From Acetofilamentum sp. (GTDB lineage Bacteria; Bacteroidota; Bacteroidia; Bacteroidales; JAADGE01), in assembly GCA_020720705.1 (NCBI GenBank), contig DYOJ01000003.1, positions 1 through 36,553 of the forward strand: a stretch of 36,553 bases of DNA. Direction: 5' to 3'. Positions 18,136 through 29,648 of the stretch are shown in pieces. A program made the position numbers and the translations under genes. Below the pieces are notes generated by a model. It made no database searches, was not told the origin of the DNA, and saw only the letters and a list, made by a program, of their open reading frames with translations. Within the stretch, counting starts at the first letter, position 1. Every line of letters begins with the position of its first letter.

Positions 18136-18495
18136 TTAGAAATTTAATCCACCTTTACGAGCTGAATCAGCCAAAGCCTTTATTCTTCCGTGATAATTGA
18201 ATCCTCCTCTGTCGAAAGCTACCGCATTAATTCCTGCTGACACAGCTTTTTTTGCAACTAAAGAGCCTACTAACTCTGCAACAACTATTTTTCCTTTTGT
18301 TTCGGCTGTTACAATTTCTTTTTCACGTGAAGAAGCTGAAACTAATGTTTTGCCCTCGGTATCATCAATAAGTTGAACATATATGTGCTTACTACTTCTG
18401 AATACCGTAAATCTTGGTTTACTTGCGGTACCGCTAAGATTTTTGCGTATTTTTGCTTTTACCCTTCGTCTTCTTTGGAATTTTGATAATGACAT
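18136..18495 (-). CDS. rplR: 50S ribosomal protein L18
   Basis: Conserved L18 sequence ([19 protein letters not shown]...[16 protein letters not shown]). Confidence 0.95.
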   Translation of the reverse strand: MSLSKFQRRRRVKAKIRKNLSGTASKPRFTVFRSSKHIYVQLIDDTEGKTLVSASSREKEIVTAETKGKIVVAELVGSLVAKKAVSAGINAVAFDRGGFNYHGRIKALADSARKGGLNF

Positions 18496-18513
18496 GGCTC
18501 TTATCTTTTAAAA

Positions 18514-19071
18514 TTATTTATCGCCTGATTTCTTTCCTTCTTTTATTCTGACCACTTCATCAACGAAGCGAATCCCTTTTCCTTTGTACGGTTCAGGACG
18601 TCTGAATGACCGTATTTTTGCTGCAACGTGTCCAAGTAATTGAAAATCATGGCTTTGTAAAGTGATAAAGGCATTTGTTCTTTTCTCCTGCTCAACACTC
18701 ATTTTAACTTCCGGAGGCATCTGCATTAATATTGGATGCGAATATCCGAGTGCCAATTCCAAAATCTGTCCGTTTGCTGTTGCTCTATAGCCAACACCTA
18801 TCACTTCCATTTTTTTTGAGAACATTTCAGACACTCCGATAATCATGTTGTTTATAAGAGAACGATACAAACCATGGGCAGCTCGCTGATTTGGAGCATC
18901 TCCCGGTCGTGTAACAACTACATTACTGCCTTCTATTTCGACTTTGATACCTTCTGTTATCCTTTGGGTTAATTGTCCATGTTTTCCATTAACAGTTACA
19001 ATATTATCATCTGATATTGCAATTGTTACACCCTTTGGTATTGCTATTGGTAGTTTACCTATTCTTGACAT
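18514..19071 (-). CDS. rplF: 50S ribosomal protein L6
   Basis: MSRIGKLPIAIPKGV... is the L6 signature. Confidence 0.96.
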   Translation of the reverse strand: MSRIGKLPIAIPKGVTIAISDDNIVTVNGKHGQLTQRITEGIKVEIEGSNVVVTRPGDAPNQRAAHGLYRSLINNMIIGVSEMFSKKMEVIGVGYRATANGQILELALGYSHPILMQMPPEVKMSVEQEKRTNAFITLQSHDFQLLGHVAAKIRSFRRPEPYKGKGIRFVDEVVRIKEGKKSGDK

Positions 19072-19082
19072 TTTTCTTTATT

Positions 19083-19481
19083 TTAATAAACGTAGCACAA
19101 TACTTCACCTCCGACATTTAAACCTTTTGCTTCTTTTTCTGTCATTACACCTCTTGATGTTGAAAGAATAGAAATTCCCAAACCGTTCAATACACGTGGT
19201 AGCTCTTCAGCTCCGACATACTTTCGCAATCCCGGAGTACTAATACGCTCGAGGTGTTTAATTGCTGAGACTTTTGTTCTCGGATGGTATTTCAAAGCAA
19301 TTTTTATGATTCCTTGCTTATCATCATCTTCGAATTTGTAGCTCAAAATATATCCTTTTTCGAACAATATTTTCGTCATCTCTTTTTTTAGTCCGGATGC
19401 CGGTATTTCGACAATCCGATGTTTTGCCATTACGGCATTTCTTATTCTGGTCAGGTAATCTGCAACAGGATCTGTAAACAT
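19083..19481 (-). CDS. rpsH: 30S ribosomal protein S8
   Basis: [13 protein letters not shown]... is the S8 signature. Confidence 0.96.
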   Translation of the reverse strand: MFTDPVADYLTRIRNAVMAKHRIVEIPASGLKKEMTKILFEKGYILSYKFEDDDKQGIIKIALKYHPRTKVSAIKHLERISTPGLRKYVGAEELPRVLNGLGISILSTSRGVMTEKEAKGLNVGGEVLCYVY

Positions 19482-19499
19482 CTTCTTAAATTTATTATA

Positions 19500-19769
19500 T
19501 TACCAACTTGCTTTCTTGATACCGGGAATTAAGCCGTTCGAGGCCATTTCCCTAAATGTGATTCGGCTTAAACCAAACTGTCTCATATATCCTCTCGGAC
19601 GCCCTGTAACGTTGCATCTGTTTCTCTGTCTGATTGGATTTGAGTTTCTCGGGAGTTTTTGTAACGCCTGAAAGTCCCCTTCAGCTTTTAATTTTTTCCT
19701 TTTTTCCGCGAATTTGTCAGCCATTTTTTGTCGCTTTACTTCGCGTGCTTTCATTGATTCTTTTGCCAT
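19500..19769 (-). CDS. rpsN: 30S ribosomal protein S14 (long form)
   Basis: 89 aa, ending ...[24 protein letters not shown]. Confidence 0.95.
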   Translation of the reverse strand: MAKESMKAREVKRQKMADKFAEKRKKLKAEGDFQALQKLPRNSNPIRQRNRCNVTGRPRGYMRQFGLSRITFREMASNGLIPGIKKASW

Positions 19770-19777
19770 AGTCTATC

Positions 19778-20326
19778 TTATTTTTTAAAGGGGAATCCAA
19801 ATTTTTTCAATAAAGCAAAACCTTCTTCATCAGTCCTTGCTGTTGTAACAAACGTGATATTCATACCAAGCAGTCTGTCTATTTTGTCTAAATCAATCTC
19901 AGGAAAAATAATTTGTTCTTCAATTCCGAGAGTATAATTTCCGCTACCGTCAAATTTGGCACTAATACCGTTGAAATCTTTTATACGAGGTATAGAAACA
20001 ACTAAAAGTCTTTCCATAAATTCGTACATTTTGTCTCTCCTCAAAGTTACACGCACCCCGATTGGTGTTTTTTCTCTCAATTTAAAATTTGATATATTCG
20101 TCTTCGAGATGGTTTGTACGGCTTTTTGTCCGGTTATCAAAGTCATCTCATCTTGAGCTGTTTTGATAATTTTCTTGTCTGACGTAGCTATCCCAAGTCC
20201 TTGATTGAGAACGATTTTTGTCAATTTTGGTACTTGCATCACGGACTTAAATCCGAATTCTTCACGGAGTGCCGGAACTATTTCTTCAGTGTATTTCGTC
20301 AATAAGGACGTTTTTCTCTGTTTCAT
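19778..20326 (-). CDS. rplE: 50S ribosomal protein L5
   Basis: Conserved L5 sequence at the expected operon position. Confidence 0.95.
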   Translation of the reverse strand: MKQRKTSLLTKYTEEIVPALREEFGFKSVMQVPKLTKIVLNQGLGIATSDKKIIKTAQDEMTLITGQKAVQTISKTNISNFKLREKTPIGVRVTLRRDKMYEFMERLLVVSIPRIKDFNGISAKFDGSGNYTLGIEEQIIFPEIDLDKIDRLLGMNITFVTTARTDEEGFALLKKFGFPFKK

Positions 20327-20656
20327 CTATTTGAGCTCTTGTTGGTTTGATGACTTTTTTGAATATCTTACCGATTTTCCTTTTTCATTATCTTTTCGTC
20401 CGATTCTTGTCGGTTTGCCTGTTTCCGGACAAACCACCATAAGATTCGAGATATGTATAGCTGCCTCTTTTTTTACGATTCCGCCTTGTGGGTTTTCAGC
20501 ATTTGGTTTTGTGTGTTTGGATATCATATTGACCCCTTCGACCACTGCCTTCATTTTTTCAGAAGATACTGTTCTAACTTCTCCCTTTTTTCCTTTATCA
20601 TCTCCGGTGATCACTATGACAGTGTCTCCTTTTTTAATATTTAACTTTTTAGCCAT
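20327..20656 (-). CDS. rplX: 50S ribosomal protein L24
   Basis: KOW motif [19 protein letters not shown] at the expected operon position. Confidence 0.95.
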   Translation of the reverse strand: MAKKLNIKKGDTVIVITGDDKGKKGEVRTVSSEKMKAVVEGVNMISKHTKPNAENPQGGIVKKEAAIHISNLMVVCPETGKPTRIGRKDNEKGKSVRYSKKSSNQQELK

Positions 20657-20674
20657 GATACTTCTTTTTGTAGA

Positions 20675-21040
20675 TTATAATACTTCCGGAGCCAAAGATA
20701 CAATTTTCATATTAGAACGGCGTAACTCTCTTGCGATAGGTCCGAATACTCGAGTTCCTCGCATCTCTCCCGCATTGTTCAACAACACACACGCATTATC
20801 TTCAAATCGGATGTAAGAACCGTCTTCTCTTCGAACTTCTTTTTTAGTTCTAACTACAACAGCTTTACTAACAGATCCTTTTTTTACTTCTCCTGATGGT
20901 ATTGCACTCTTGATACTCACAACAACTGTGTCTCCGACAGTTGCATAACGTTTTCCTGTACCTCCGAGTACGCGTATAACGAGAACTTCTTTTGCGCCGC
21001 TGTTATCAGCGACTAACATTCTTGATTCTTGCTGTATCAT
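20675..21040 (-). CDS. rplN: 50S ribosomal protein L14
   Basis: [18 protein letters not shown]... is the L14 signature. Confidence 0.97.
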   Translation of the reverse strand: MIQQESRMLVADNSGAKEVLVIRVLGGTGKRYATVGDTVVVSIKSAIPSGEVKKGSVSKAVVVRTKKEVRREDGSYIRFEDNACVLLNNAGEMRGTRVFGPIARELRRSNMKIVSLAPEVL

Positions 21041-21042
21041 AA

Positions 21043-21309
21043 CTATTTAGCTCTTTCAATAATTTCAACTAATCGCCAATTTTTTGTCTTACTCAATGGT
21101 CGGGTTTCCATGATTTTAACAAGGTCTCCTACATTGCAAGTATTTTCTTCATCATGCGCGATGTATTTCTTTGTTTTAAATACGAATTTTCCGTATTTAG
21201 GGTGTTTAAATCTTCGAGTAACTGAAACAGCAATTGATTTATCCATTTTATCACTCACGACTACACCTGTACGCTCTTTACGCAAATTTCTATTAAGTTC
21301 CATAAACAA
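21043..21309 (-). CDS. rpsQ: 30S ribosomal protein S17
   Basis: [19 protein letters not shown]...HPKYGK is the S17 signature. The start could instead be the third-codon ATG. Confidence 0.94.
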   Translation of the reverse strand: MFMELNRNLRKERTGVVVSDKMDKSIAVSVTRRFKHPKYGKFVFKTKKYIAHDEENTCNVGDLVKIMETRPLSKTKNWRLVEIIERAK

Positions 21310-21513
21310 TTACATATTTTTTTGTTGGATTTCACGTGCACGTATCTCGGTCAAAAATCGCGCAATATTACGTTTCGTTTTTGTGATGAGCTTCGGGTTT
21401 TCGATATCCGAAACTTTGTGATTGATTTTTAACTTAACCAAATTCATTTGTTCATCACTGACCATTTGCACCAACTCATTTGTGGACAAATCTTTTATTT
21501 CTAACTTCTTCAT
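21310..21513 (-). CDS. rpmC: 50S ribosomal protein L29
   Basis: 67-aa helical protein between rplP and rpsQ with an L29-like sequence. Confidence 0.92.
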   Translation of the reverse strand: MKKLEIKDLSTNELVQMVSDEQMNLVKLKINHKVSDIENPKLITKTKRNIARFLTEIRAREIQQKNM

Positions 21514-21950
21514 TACTCTGTTGTATTTGACGTTTCGATATAATCATGACGGACAACGAACTTGGTTTTTACCGGCAATTTTTGGGCAGCTAATCGAAGT
21601 GCCTCTTTTGCAATCTCCAAAGGTACACCGTCAGCCTCAAATATGATTCTTCCGGGCGTAACTCGAGCAACAAACATCTCCGGTTCTCCTTTACCTTTAC
21701 CCATACGAACCTCTGCCGGCTTTTTGGTAATCGGCTTATCGGGAAACACTCGTATCCAAATTCTCCCTTCACGTTTCATATATCTTGTTACAGCTTGACG
21801 AGCAGCTTCTAATTGTCGTCCGTTTAACCAAGCTGATTCCATGGTCTTTATTGCAAATGAACCAAAATCAATTGTAGCACCACGTTGAGCGTTTCCTTTC
21901 ATACGCCCTTTTTGCATTTTACGAAATTTCGTTCTTTTCGGTTGTAACAT
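21513..21950 (-). CDS. rplP: 50S ribosomal protein L16
   Basis: [19 protein letters not shown]... is the L16 signature. Confidence 0.97.
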   Translation of the reverse strand: MLQPKRTKFRKMQKGRMKGNAQRGATIDFGSFAIKTMESAWLNGRQLEAARQAVTRYMKREGRIWIRVFPDKPITKKPAEVRMGKGKGEPEMFVARVTPGRIIFEADGVPLEIAKEALRLAAQKLPVKTKFVVRHDYIETSNTTE

Positions 21951-21961
21951 CGCTCAAATCT

Positions 21962-22693
21962 TTATTTATTTCGTTTTTTTGAAAAATTACCGCCCGGCTT
22001 ACGTTGCGGACCATTATTATTGCTTGTTAAAGCTTTCTTTTTGCTATATGCCGGACTTAAATCTTGTTTGCCGAATTTTTCGCCCCTGCAAATCCAAACT
22101 TTTATCCCTAATAGACCTACTTTTGTAAGTGCAGCAGCTCTATGATAATCAATATCGGCACGCAAGGTATGAAGTGGAGTTCGTCCTTCCTTGAACATTT
22201 CACGACGTGCCATTTCGGCTCCGTTTAATCGTCCGGAAATCATTACTTTAATTCCCTCAGCTCCCGCTCTCATAGCGGCAGTGATTCCGCCTCTGATAGC
22301 TCGTCTGTATGCAATATTACCCTCTAACTGTTTTGCGATGCTTTCAGCTACGATTACGGCGTCGAGGTCAGGTTTTTTTATTTCAAATATATTTATTTGT
22401 ACATCTTTGCCTGTAATCTTTTTTATCTCCTCACGCAAACTATCAACTTCATGCCCACCTTTCCCAATAATTGTTCCGGGTTTAGCTGTCGTTATGGTTA
22501 CAGTAATCAATTTTAGAGTTCTTTCGATAATTACTCTTGATACACCTGCCGACTGATGTCTTGCACTCAAGTATTTTCGAATTTTATTATCCTCATCAAT
22601 TTTATCTGCATATTTTCTTCCGCCAAACCAGTTGCTATCCCAGCCACGTACTATTCCAAGCCGATTTGAAATCGGGTTTGTCTTTTGTCCCAT
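21962..22693 (-). CDS. rpsC: 30S ribosomal protein S3
   Basis: [23 protein letters not shown]... is the S3 signature, with a basic C-terminal tail. Confidence 0.97.
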   Translation of the reverse strand: MGQKTNPISNRLGIVRGWDSNWFGGRKYADKIDEDNKIRKYLSARHQSAGVSRVIIERTLKLITVTITTAKPGTIIGKGGHEVDSLREEIKKITGKDVQINIFEIKKPDLDAVIVAESIAKQLEGNIAYRRAIRGGITAAMRAGAEGIKVMISGRLNGAEMARREMFKEGRTPLHTLRADIDYHRAAALTKVGLLGIKVWICRGEKFGKQDLSPAYSKKKALTSNNNGPQRKPGGNFSKKRNK

Positions 22694-22696
22694 AAT

Positions 22697-23104
22697 CTAA
22701 CTTTCTTGAGTTTCTTTTTTATCAATGAATAATGTAACGTGATTTGAACGCTTTCTGATTCTGTGTGCTCTGCCTTGAGGCGCCGGCTGGAATCGTTTTA
22801 ACATCCTTGCAGAATCTACAAAAACTTTTGAAACATATAAAGTTGAGTCCTTTGCTTGCTCTCCGTTATTTTTCGACTCGTAATTTGCAATTGCTGATTT
22901 CAACAACTTTTCCATAGGTTCCGATGCAATTTTGTCACTGAATTTCAGTACATTTAAAGCATAAAAAACCTCTTTGCCGCGAATCATATCAGCAACCAAC
23001 CTCATTTTGCGTGGTGAAGTAGGATAGTTATTTAAGGAAGCGAAGTATTCATTCTTTCGCATTTCCTTACGTTTATCTGCTTGTATTTTTTTTCGTGCTC
23101 CCAT
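22697..23104 (-). CDS. rplV: 50S ribosomal protein L22
   Basis: Conserved L22 sequence at the expected operon position. Confidence 0.94.
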   Translation of the reverse strand: MGARKKIQADKRKEMRKNEYFASLNNYPTSPRKMRLVADMIRGKEVFYALNVLKFSDKIASEPMEKLLKSAIANYESKNNGEQAKDSTLYVSKVFVDSARMLKRFQPAPQGRAHRIRKRSNHVTLFIDKKETQES

Positions 23105-23106
23105 GA

Positions 23107-23373
23107 TTACTTTTTCTTTTTGTGTCCTCTATATGTTCGTGTCGGAGCAAATTCTCCCAACCTGTGCCCTACCATGTTTTCTGTAACATAAACAGGAATA
23201 AATCTATTTCCGTTATGCACCGCCAACGTCAATCCTACAAAGTCAGGTGATATCATAGAATTTCTTGCCCACGTTTTAATAACTGTCTTTTTTTGTTTAT
23301 CCATTGCAAGAACCTTTCGTTCGAGCTTAAAATTAATAAACGGACCTTTTTTCAGCGACCTGCTCATATTCAA
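23107..23373 (-). CDS. rpsS: 30S ribosomal protein S19
   Basis: SRSLKKGPF...[27 protein letters not shown] is the S19 signature. Confidence 0.96.
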   Translation of the reverse strand: MNMSRSLKKGPFINFKLERKVLAMDKQKKTVIKTWARNSMISPDFVGLTLAVHNGNRFIPVYVTENMVGHRLGEFAPTRTYRGHKKKK

Positions 23374-24210
23374 TTATTTTTTACGTTTTTTTGATTTACG
23401 ACGTTCTACGATGTTGTTGTCAGATGCTTTCTTTCCACGAGTTTTGAATCCTTTGGAGAGCAACCCTTTTCTTGAGCGGGGATGTCCGCCGCTTGCTCTG
23501 CCTTCTCCTCCTCCCATTGGGTGGTCTACAGGATTCATCGCAACACCTCTCACCCTTGGTCTTCTGCCAAGCCATCTGCTTCTTCCTGCTTTACCTGAAC
23601 GTTCAAGTGCATGGTCAGAGTTTGATGCAGTTCCTACGGTAGCCTTGCATGTTATCAATATCTTTCGAATTTCACCGGAAGGCATTTTTACGATAGCATA
23701 CCGACCTTCGCGTGATACCAACTGTCCATAAGCACCTGCGCTTCTGGCTATTGAACCACCCTGTCCGGGATTTAGTTCTATATTATGAACAACTGTTCCT
23801 AACGGTATATCTTTTAAAAAGAGGGTATTTCCGATTTCCGGTGCAGTATTTTCGCCTGACAACAGCGTTTGTCCGACAGCTAATCCGTTTGGAGCAATTA
23901 TATACCGTTTTTCGCCATCGGCATAGAAAAGCAAAGCAATTCGTGCCGAACGATTTGGGTCATATTCTATTGTTTTTACGACTGCAGGTATTCCGTCTTT
24001 ATCTCGTTTAAAATCAATAAGACGATAATTTTGCTTATGTCCGCCGCCGGTATATCGCATGGTCATGCGACCTTGATTATTTCTGCCACCCGATCTTGAT
24101 GCACCGACCAAGAGACTTTTCTCCGGCTTGCCTGATGTAATATCATCAAACGTTCCGGCGACTTTACGTCTTTGTCCGGGTGTTGTTGGTTTTATTTTTT
24201 TTACTCCCAT
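23374..24210 (-). CDS. rplB: 50S ribosomal protein L2
   Basis: 278 aa with conserved L2 motifs ([31 protein letters not shown]). Confidence 0.97.
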   Translation of the reverse strand: MGVKKIKPTTPGQRRKVAGTFDDITSGKPEKSLLVGASRSGGRNNQGRMTMRYTGGGHKQNYRLIDFKRDKDGIPAVVKTIEYDPNRSARIALLFYADGEKRYIIAPNGLAVGQTLLSGENTAPEIGNTLFLKDIPLGTVVHNIELNPGQGGSIARSAGAYGQLVSREGRYAIVKMPSGEIRKILITCKATVGTASNSDHALERSGKAGRSRWLGRRPRVRGVAMNPVDHPMGGGEGRASGGHPRSRKGLLSKGFKTRGKKASDNNIVERRKSKKRKK

Positions 24211-24222
24211 CTCAATATCTGC

Positions 24223-24516
24223 TTATATGTTGCTGTAAAAATCAATAGTATCTCCTTTTGCAAGTGTTACAATAGCTTTCTTGAAGGAGTTTGTTCGTCC
24301 GGTAATTACACCGGCTTTCGTGTATCTGCTTTTTTGCTTTCCGTCGTACCGCATCGTATTAACTGAAGTAACAGTTACATTATACATTATCTCAACAGCT
24401 TTTGCTATTTGTATTTTATTTGCATTTTTACTCACTTTAAAGGCAAAGCGATTAAGGGTTTCTCCTTGCTTTGTCATCTTTTCAGTGATTATTGGTGTTT
24501 GTATTACCTGTACCAT
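24223..24516 (-). CDS. rplW: 50S ribosomal protein L23
   Basis: Conserved L23 sequence at the expected operon position. Confidence 0.94.
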   Translation of the reverse strand: MVQVIQTPIITEKMTKQGETLNRFAFKVSKNANKIQIAKAVEIMYNVTVTSVNTMRYDGKQKSRYTKAGVITGRTNSFKKAIVTLAKGDTIDFYSNI

Positions 24517-24519
24517 AAC

Positions 24520-25152
24520 TTATTTTCCTTCAAAAGATTCATTAATTTTCTTTACAGCATCTACCGTTAATACAAGTTTCTTAGCATTTAGTATATCATA
24601 AGAGCTTGTTTCTGAAACAGTTACAACCTTTGAGAGCGGTAAATTTCGAGCTGACAAATGTATGAAATTATTTTTATCCGGTAAAATTAATAATGACTTT
24701 TTATCAAATAAATTTAAATTTTTCTGAATCTTGATAAATTCCTTTGTCTTAGGAGCTTGAAAATCAAAGTCTTCAATTACAATAAGATTATTATTTATAA
24801 CTTTATCGCTGAGCACTGACTTCCTTGCCAACATCTTTACCTTTTGGTTAAGCTTGAATCCATAAGTTCTTGGTCGAGGACCGAAAATTCGACCTCCTCC
24901 TTTGAACGTAGGATTTTTCATACTTCCTGCACGCGCTCCGCCTGTTCCTTTTTGTCGCTTAATTTTGCGTGTACTTCGTGCAACCTCTCCTCGTTCTTTT
25001 GTTTTGTGTGTACCTTGTCGTTGATTTGCTCTGTATTGTTTTACATCAAGATAAACAACATGTTCGTTAGGCTCAACAGCAAATATGCTGTCATTCAACG
25101 TTACCGTTTTACCGGTGTCTTGACCTTGTATATTTAAAACACTTATTTCCAT
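24520..25152 (-). CDS. rplD: 50S ribosomal protein L4
   Basis: Conserved L4 sequence (KRQKGTGGARAGS). Its start overlaps the rplC stop by 1 nt. Confidence 0.95.
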   Translation of the reverse strand: MEISVLNIQGQDTGKTVTLNDSIFAVEPNEHVVYLDVKQYRANQRQGTHKTKERGEVARSTRKIKRQKGTGGARAGSMKNPTFKGGGRIFGPRPRTYGFKLNQKVKMLARKSVLSDKVINNNLIVIEDFDFQAPKTKEFIKIQKNLNLFDKKSLLILPDKNNFIHLSARNLPLSKVVTVSETSSYDILNAKKLVLTVDAVKKINESFEGK

Positions 25153-25766
25153 TATTTCTTGATTATTACGTAAGAACCATTTGCACCCGGTACAGACCCC
25201 TTTACAACAATAAGATTCTGCTCACCTATAATTTTAATAATTTTCAGACCTGAAACCTTCACTTGGTCCCCGCCTGTTCTTCCTGCCATGCGCATCCCCT
25301 TGAAAACTCTCGAAGGATAAGACGATGCACCAACGGAACCCGGTGCTCTCAGGCGATTGTGCTGACCGTGAGTTTGACCTCCGACTCCGCTAAAACCGTG
25401 TCTTTTTACTACACCTTGAAAGCCTTTACCTTTAGAAGTTCCATAAACCGCTACAACTTCACCTTCCGCGAAGATTTCAGAAGTAACAGACTCTCCAAGT
25501 TGTAAACTGTTTTCAAATTCAAACTCAACAAGTTTTCGTTTTGGACTTGTCTTAGCTTTTGAGAAATGTCCTTTCTCCGGGTTGTTTGCAGACTTTTCCT
25601 TTTTTTCGTCGTATGCAAGTTGTACAGCTTTATAGCCATCAGATTCGATGGTTTTGACTTGTGTTACGACACAGGGTCCGGCTTCTAAAACAGTGCATGG
25701 AATATTTTTCCCCTCGGCACTGAAAACGGATGTCATTCCGATTTTTTTTCCAATTAATCCAGCCAT
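25152..25766 (-). CDS. rplC: 50S ribosomal protein L3
   Basis: [15 protein letters not shown]... is the L3 signature. Confidence 0.96.
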   Translation of the reverse strand: MAGLIGKKIGMTSVFSAEGKNIPCTVLEAGPCVVTQVKTIESDGYKAVQLAYDEKKEKSANNPEKGHFSKAKTSPKRKLVEFEFENSLQLGESVTSEIFAEGEVVAVYGTSKGKGFQGVVKRHGFSGVGGQTHGQHNRLRAPGSVGASSYPSRVFKGMRMAGRTGGDQVKVSGLKIIKIIGEQNLIVVKGSVPGANGSYVIIKK

Positions 25767-25782
25767 TGTGTATTATGTTATA

Positions 25783-26088
25783 TCAAACTTTGATTTCTAC
25801 TTCGACTCCGCTCGGTAATTCTAATTTCATAAGTGCTTCTACGGTCATCGGAGCTGAACTGTAGATATCTATTAGTCTTTTGTATGAAGATAACTCAAAC
25901 TGTTCACGTGATTTTTTATTCACGAAAGTTGAACGATTTACCGTAAAAATTCGTTTTCTTGTCGGCAAAGGTATCGGACCGCTTACTACAGCACCTGTTG
26001 CTTTGACAGTTTTAACGATTTTATCGGCTGAGCTATCGACCAGGTTATGGTCATAGGATTTCAATTTTATCCTGATTTTTTGAGCCAT
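25783..26088 (-). CDS. rpsJ: 30S ribosomal protein S10
   Basis: [18 protein letters not shown]... is the S10 signature. Confidence 0.96.
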   Translation of the reverse strand: MAQKIRIKLKSYDHNLVDSSADKIVKTVKATGAVVSGPIPLPTRKRIFTVNRSTFVNKKSREQFELSSYKRLIDIYSSAPMTVEALMKLELPSGVEVEIKV

Positions 26089-26106
26089 TTTGATTGAATT
26101 TCTATA

Positions 26107-28215
26107 TTAAATATTTGAGTTTCCTGTGTATTCTTTGAGTATTTCCACTGATTTATTGGTTGGGACTTCCTCATAATGAGAGAACTCCATTGTTGAAGAT
26201 GCTCGACCGGAAGTTACAGTTCTGAGTGCTGTTACATATCCAAACATTTCAGATAACGGTACTGTTGCCTGAACAGCTTTCGCAGCACCGGGTTTATCTA
26301 CAGAGCCTCTAATTTTAGCACGCCTTCTGTTTAAGTCGGAAATAACATCACCAATATTATCTTCGGGTGTTAATACTTCTAATTTCATGATGGGTTCCAA
26401 AATGACCGGTTTTGCTTTTTTGCCGGCTTCTCTAAATGCTATCTTTGCAGCTAATTCAAAAGAGAGTTGGTCTGAATCCACGTCGTGGTATGAGCCGTCG
26501 AACAAGGTAACTTTAAGGCTGTCTAAGGGGAAACCGGCTAAGGGTCCGTTGTTTAGCGCCTCTGTGAATCCCTTCTTTACTGCCGGAATGTATTCTTTTG
26601 GAATTACGCCTCCTTTTATTTCATCTACAAATTGCAATCCGACTGTTTCTTCATCGGCAGGTTCAATACGAACAGATATATCTGCGAACTTTCCGCGTCC
26701 GCCCGTTTGTTTTTTGAAAACTTCTCGATGAACAACAGCCTGAGTAAGGGCTTCCTTGTAGGCAACTTGCGGTCGTCCTTGATTCACTTCAACTTTAAAT
26801 TCACGGTAAAGTCTGTCAACCAGAATTTCCAAGTGTAATTCTCCCATTCCCGATATGATAGTTTGCCCGGAATTGGGGTCTGTTCTGACAATAAATGTTG
26901 GATCTTCTTCTGCAAGTTTGTTTAGTGCTATGCCTAATTTATCTACATCAGCTTTCGACTTTGGTTCGATTGCCAGTCCGATAACAGGTTCCGGGAAAGT
27001 GATACTTTCCAATTGTATTTGTTTATCCTCGTCTGAAAGTGTATCTCCTGTTCGAATATCTTTAAACCCGACAATTCCGCAAATATCACCTGCATAGACT
27101 TCATCTTTCGGATTTTGTTTATTCGCATGCATTTGGTAGATGTGAGAAACTCGTTCCTTTTTTCCGGTTCTGGGGTTTAAAATATATGAGCCTGACTTTA
27201 GCGTTCCTGAATAGACACGAGCATAAGCCAATCTCCCGACAAATCTATCTGTAACTAATTTAAAGACTAAAGCAGAAAGTGGTTCGTTTTTGTCGGCTTT
27301 ACGTTCAACCTCTGCATCTGTTTTTGGGTTCAAACCTTTTACGGGAGGAATATCCAAAGGTGACGGCAAGTATTCCACGATTCCGTCCAAAAGACGTTGA
27401 ACACCTTTGTTTTTGAATGCAGACCCACACATCACAGGAACGATTCGGTGTTCTAAAACTGCTTTTCGTATAACAGCCATAAACTCTTCAACTGTAATAG
27501 AGTTTCGGTCTTCAAAAAATCGTTCAAGCATGTTTTCATCTTGTTCAACAACGGCCTCAATTAACTTTTCGCGCCATTCTTCAACTTGCTCTTCGTACTC
27601 TTCCGGGATTGGGATATAACTATAAGTAACGCCAAGTTTATCGTCATCGTGCCATGTTATGGCTCTGCGTTCAACTAAATCAATAACTCCGTTAAAATCC
27701 TCTTCTTGTCCTATCGGAATTTGTACGGGTACAGCATTTGAGCCGAACCTGTCTCGTATTTCATCAACAACTTTAAAAAAATCAGCCCCAGCTCTATCCA
27801 TTTTATTTACGAAAGCCAATTTTGGAACACCATATTTTTCAGCTTGACGCCAAACGGTTTCAGATTGGGGTTCAACACCACCGACTGCACAAAACAAAGC
27901 TACTGCACCGTCGAGTACTCTTAATGATCGTTCTACTTCAACCGTAAAATCAACGTGACCGGGTGTGTCAATGATATTGATTTTGTATTGTTCGTTTTGA
28001 AACTTCCAATATGTAGTAGTCGCAGCAGAAGTTATTGTGATACCTCGCTCTTGCTCTTGTTCCATCCAGTCCATCGTAGCTGCACCTTCATGAACTTCTC
28101 CAATTTTGTATGTTACGCCCGTGTAAAACAAGATACGCTCTGTAGTCGTGGTTTTTCCGGCATCTATATGAGCCATAATACCAATATTCCGCGTATGTTT
28201 TAAATCTGTAGCCAT
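26107..28215 (-). CDS. fusA: Elongation factor G
   Basis: 702 aa. G1 motif [21 protein letters not shown], and conserved domains II-V. Confidence 0.97.
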   Translation of the reverse strand: MATDLKHTRNIGIMAHIDAGKTTTTERILFYTGVTYKIGEVHEGAATMDWMEQEQERGITITSAATTTYWKFQNEQYKINIIDTPGHVDFTVEVERSLRVLDGAVALFCAVGGVEPQSETVWRQAEKYGVPKLAFVNKMDRAGADFFKVVDEIRDRFGSNAVPVQIPIGQEEDFNGVIDLVERRAITWHDDDKLGVTYSYIPIPEEYEEQVEEWREKLIEAVVEQDENMLERFFEDRNSITVEEFMAVIRKAVLEHRIVPVMCGSAFKNKGVQRLLDGIVEYLPSPLDIPPVKGLNPKTDAEVERKADKNEPLSALVFKLVTDRFVGRLAYARVYSGTLKSGSYILNPRTGKKERVSHIYQMHANKQNPKDEVYAGDICGIVGFKDIRTGDTLSDEDKQIQLESITFPEPVIGLAIEPKSKADVDKLGIALNKLAEEDPTFIVRTDPNSGQTIISGMGELHLEILVDRLYREFKVEVNQGRPQVAYKEALTQAVVHREVFKKQTGGRGKFADISVRIEPADEETVGLQFVDEIKGGVIPKEYIPAVKKGFTEALNNGPLAGFPLDSLKVTLFDGSYHDVDSDQLSFELAAKIAFREAGKKAKPVILEPIMKLEVLTPEDNIGDVISDLNRRRAKIRGSVDKPGAAKAVQATVPLSEMFGYVTALRTVTSGRASSTMEFSHYEEVPTNKSVEILKEYTGNSNI

Positions 28216-28260
28216 TGTATTTTACTTGTATGTGTTCTTATCCTTCTAAAAAAAGTTATG

Positions 28261-28737
28261 TTAAAATCTGAAATGTGCAAATGCTTTATTTGCATCAGCC
28301 ATTCTGTGAATTTCTTCTTTACGTTTAAAAGCTCCGCCTTCTCTGTTGTAGGCATCCATAATTTCCGACGCAAGTTTTTCACTCATAGATTTTCCTTTAC
28401 GAGTGCGTGCGTAAGAAATCATGTGTTTCATACTGATAGAAATCTTTCTGTCCGGTCGGATTTCCATTGGAACTTGAAATGTAGCTCCTCCTACCCTGCG
28501 GCTTTTTACTTCGACTTCCGGCGTAACATTTTCGAGTCCTTTTTTCCAAACTTCTAATGCCGGTTCTTCTGCATCTTTCATTCGTTTGGTAACGACATCA
28601 AGTGCATCATAAAAAATTTTGTAGCTTACGCTTTTTTTGCCGTTGTACATCATGTTGTTAACAAACTGTGTTACCAACTTGTCGCTGAATCGCGGATCGG
28701 GCAAAATTTCGCGTTTTCTTGATTTAGCCTTTCTCAT
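28261..28737 (-). CDS. rpsG: 30S ribosomal protein S7
   Basis: Conserved S7 sequence at the expected operon position. Confidence 0.96.
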   Translation of the reverse strand: MRKAKSRKREILPDPRFSDKLVTQFVNNMMYNGKKSVSYKIFYDALDVVTKRMKDAEEPALEVWKKGLENVTPEVEVKSRRVGGATFQVPMEIRPDRKISISMKHMISYARTRKGKSMSEKLASEIMDAYNREGGAFKRKEEIHRMADANKAFAHFRF

Positions 28738-28743
28738 GTTATT

Positions 28744-29166
28744 TTACTTTTTTTTCTTTGCTGTATTGGTTGCAGCAGCTGCGGCTCCTGCTTTTACTTT
28801 CGGACGTTTTGCGCCATATTTGGAGCGTCTTTGACGACGGTCGGAAACACCTTGTGTATCCAATGTTCCTCTGACGATGTGGTATCTGACACCGGGAAGG
28901 TCTTTTACTCTTCCTCCGCGTACAAGTACGATGGAGTGTTCTTGTAAATTGTGTCCCTCTCCGGGTATGTAGGCGTTCACCTCTTTTTGGTTTGTTAATC
29001 GCACACGGGCTACTTTTCGCATAGCCGAGTTTGGTTTTTTGGGTGTGGTGGTATAAACTCTCACGCACACGCCACGGCGTTGCGGCGATGAGTTTAACGC
29101 CGGCGATTTACTTTTTGTGGTTAAGGTTTTTCTACCTTTTCTTACTAATTGCTGAATTGTAGGCAT
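28744..29166 (-). CDS. rpsL: 30S ribosomal protein S12
   Basis: [12 protein letters not shown]...[16 protein letters not shown] is the S12 signature. It carries an Ala/Lys-rich C-terminal extension of ~18 aa. Confidence 0.96.
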   Translation of the reverse strand: MPTIQQLVRKGRKTLTTKSKSPALNSSPQRRGVCVRVYTTTPKKPNSAMRKVARVRLTNQKEVNAYIPGEGHNLQEHSIVLVRGGRVKDLPGVRYHIVRGTLDTQGVSDRRQRRSKYGAKRPKVKAGAAAAATNTAKKKK

Positions 29167-29200
29167 ATCAGTCGAGTATATACTTTGTTAAAATGGACTG

Positions 29201-29231
29201 CAAAGGTATTATATATTTTTTTAACAGCAAC
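29201..29231 (-). promoter_or_regulatory. Candidate promoter of the rpsL-led ribosomal operon
   Basis: On the minus strand TACCTTTG (plus 29201-29208) matches TAnnTTTG. GTTG (plus 29228-29231) lies 19 nt upstream. The box starts 35 nt from the rpsL ATG, and an AT-rich tract lies upstream. Confidence 0.55.
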
Positions 29232-29387
29232 ACTTTTGTAAAAAAAAGCAAAATATTTTCTAAAAATATTACAAAATCCTTAATCATAACATCTTACGAT
29301 TTCAATTTTTATTGTATTTCCTGATAATCATTAAGTTATTAACAATATTTATTGTAATTACGCCTCAAAAACCACAGCAATAAACGA

Positions 29388-29648
29388 TTAAAATAAATGC
29401 AATTTCCCTTCGGCTATCCAATATATGAACACCAGGAAGGCTAATGCGAAAAATAAACCTGCTCCGTGGCGAAGCCTTTGTTTTCTTGTCTGACTGTCTG
29501 TATATTCGGCGGCGCTTATGGCTATAAATGCAAGTCCGGACAATCCGAATATCCCTAAACTTATGTAATCGTCATTTAACGAATAATTGATGATAGAAAC
29601 TATTATCATTATTATTCCGGCTATCATGCTAAATATGGAATATTTCAT
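29388..29648 (-). CDS. Small membrane protein (about 3 TM, uncharacterised)
   Basis: 86-aa hydrophobic ORF whose ATG overlaps the upstream aminotransferase stop by 4 nt (ATGA), suggesting translational coupling. Confidence 0.55.
   Translation of the reverse strand: MKYSIFSMIAGIIMIIVSIINYSLNDDYISLGIFGLSGLAFIAISAAEYTDSQTRKQRLRHGAGLFFALAFLVFIYWIAEGKLHLF

Noticed and set aside
28744-28800. C-terminal Ala/Lys-rich extension of S12, Lys/Glu-rich extension of L17, and a short C-terminus on S13.
   Set aside because: The reading frames are intact and there is no frameshift signature. Terminal extensions of r-proteins vary by lineage. They are only worth noting if orthologue alignment shows they are unique.
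28739-29068. A 109-aa same-strand alternative-frame ORF inside rpsL.
   Set aside because: It overlaps the conserved S12 reading frame almost entirely. Its product is Arg/Ser/Thr-rich with no family resemblance, so it is most likely a frame artefact.
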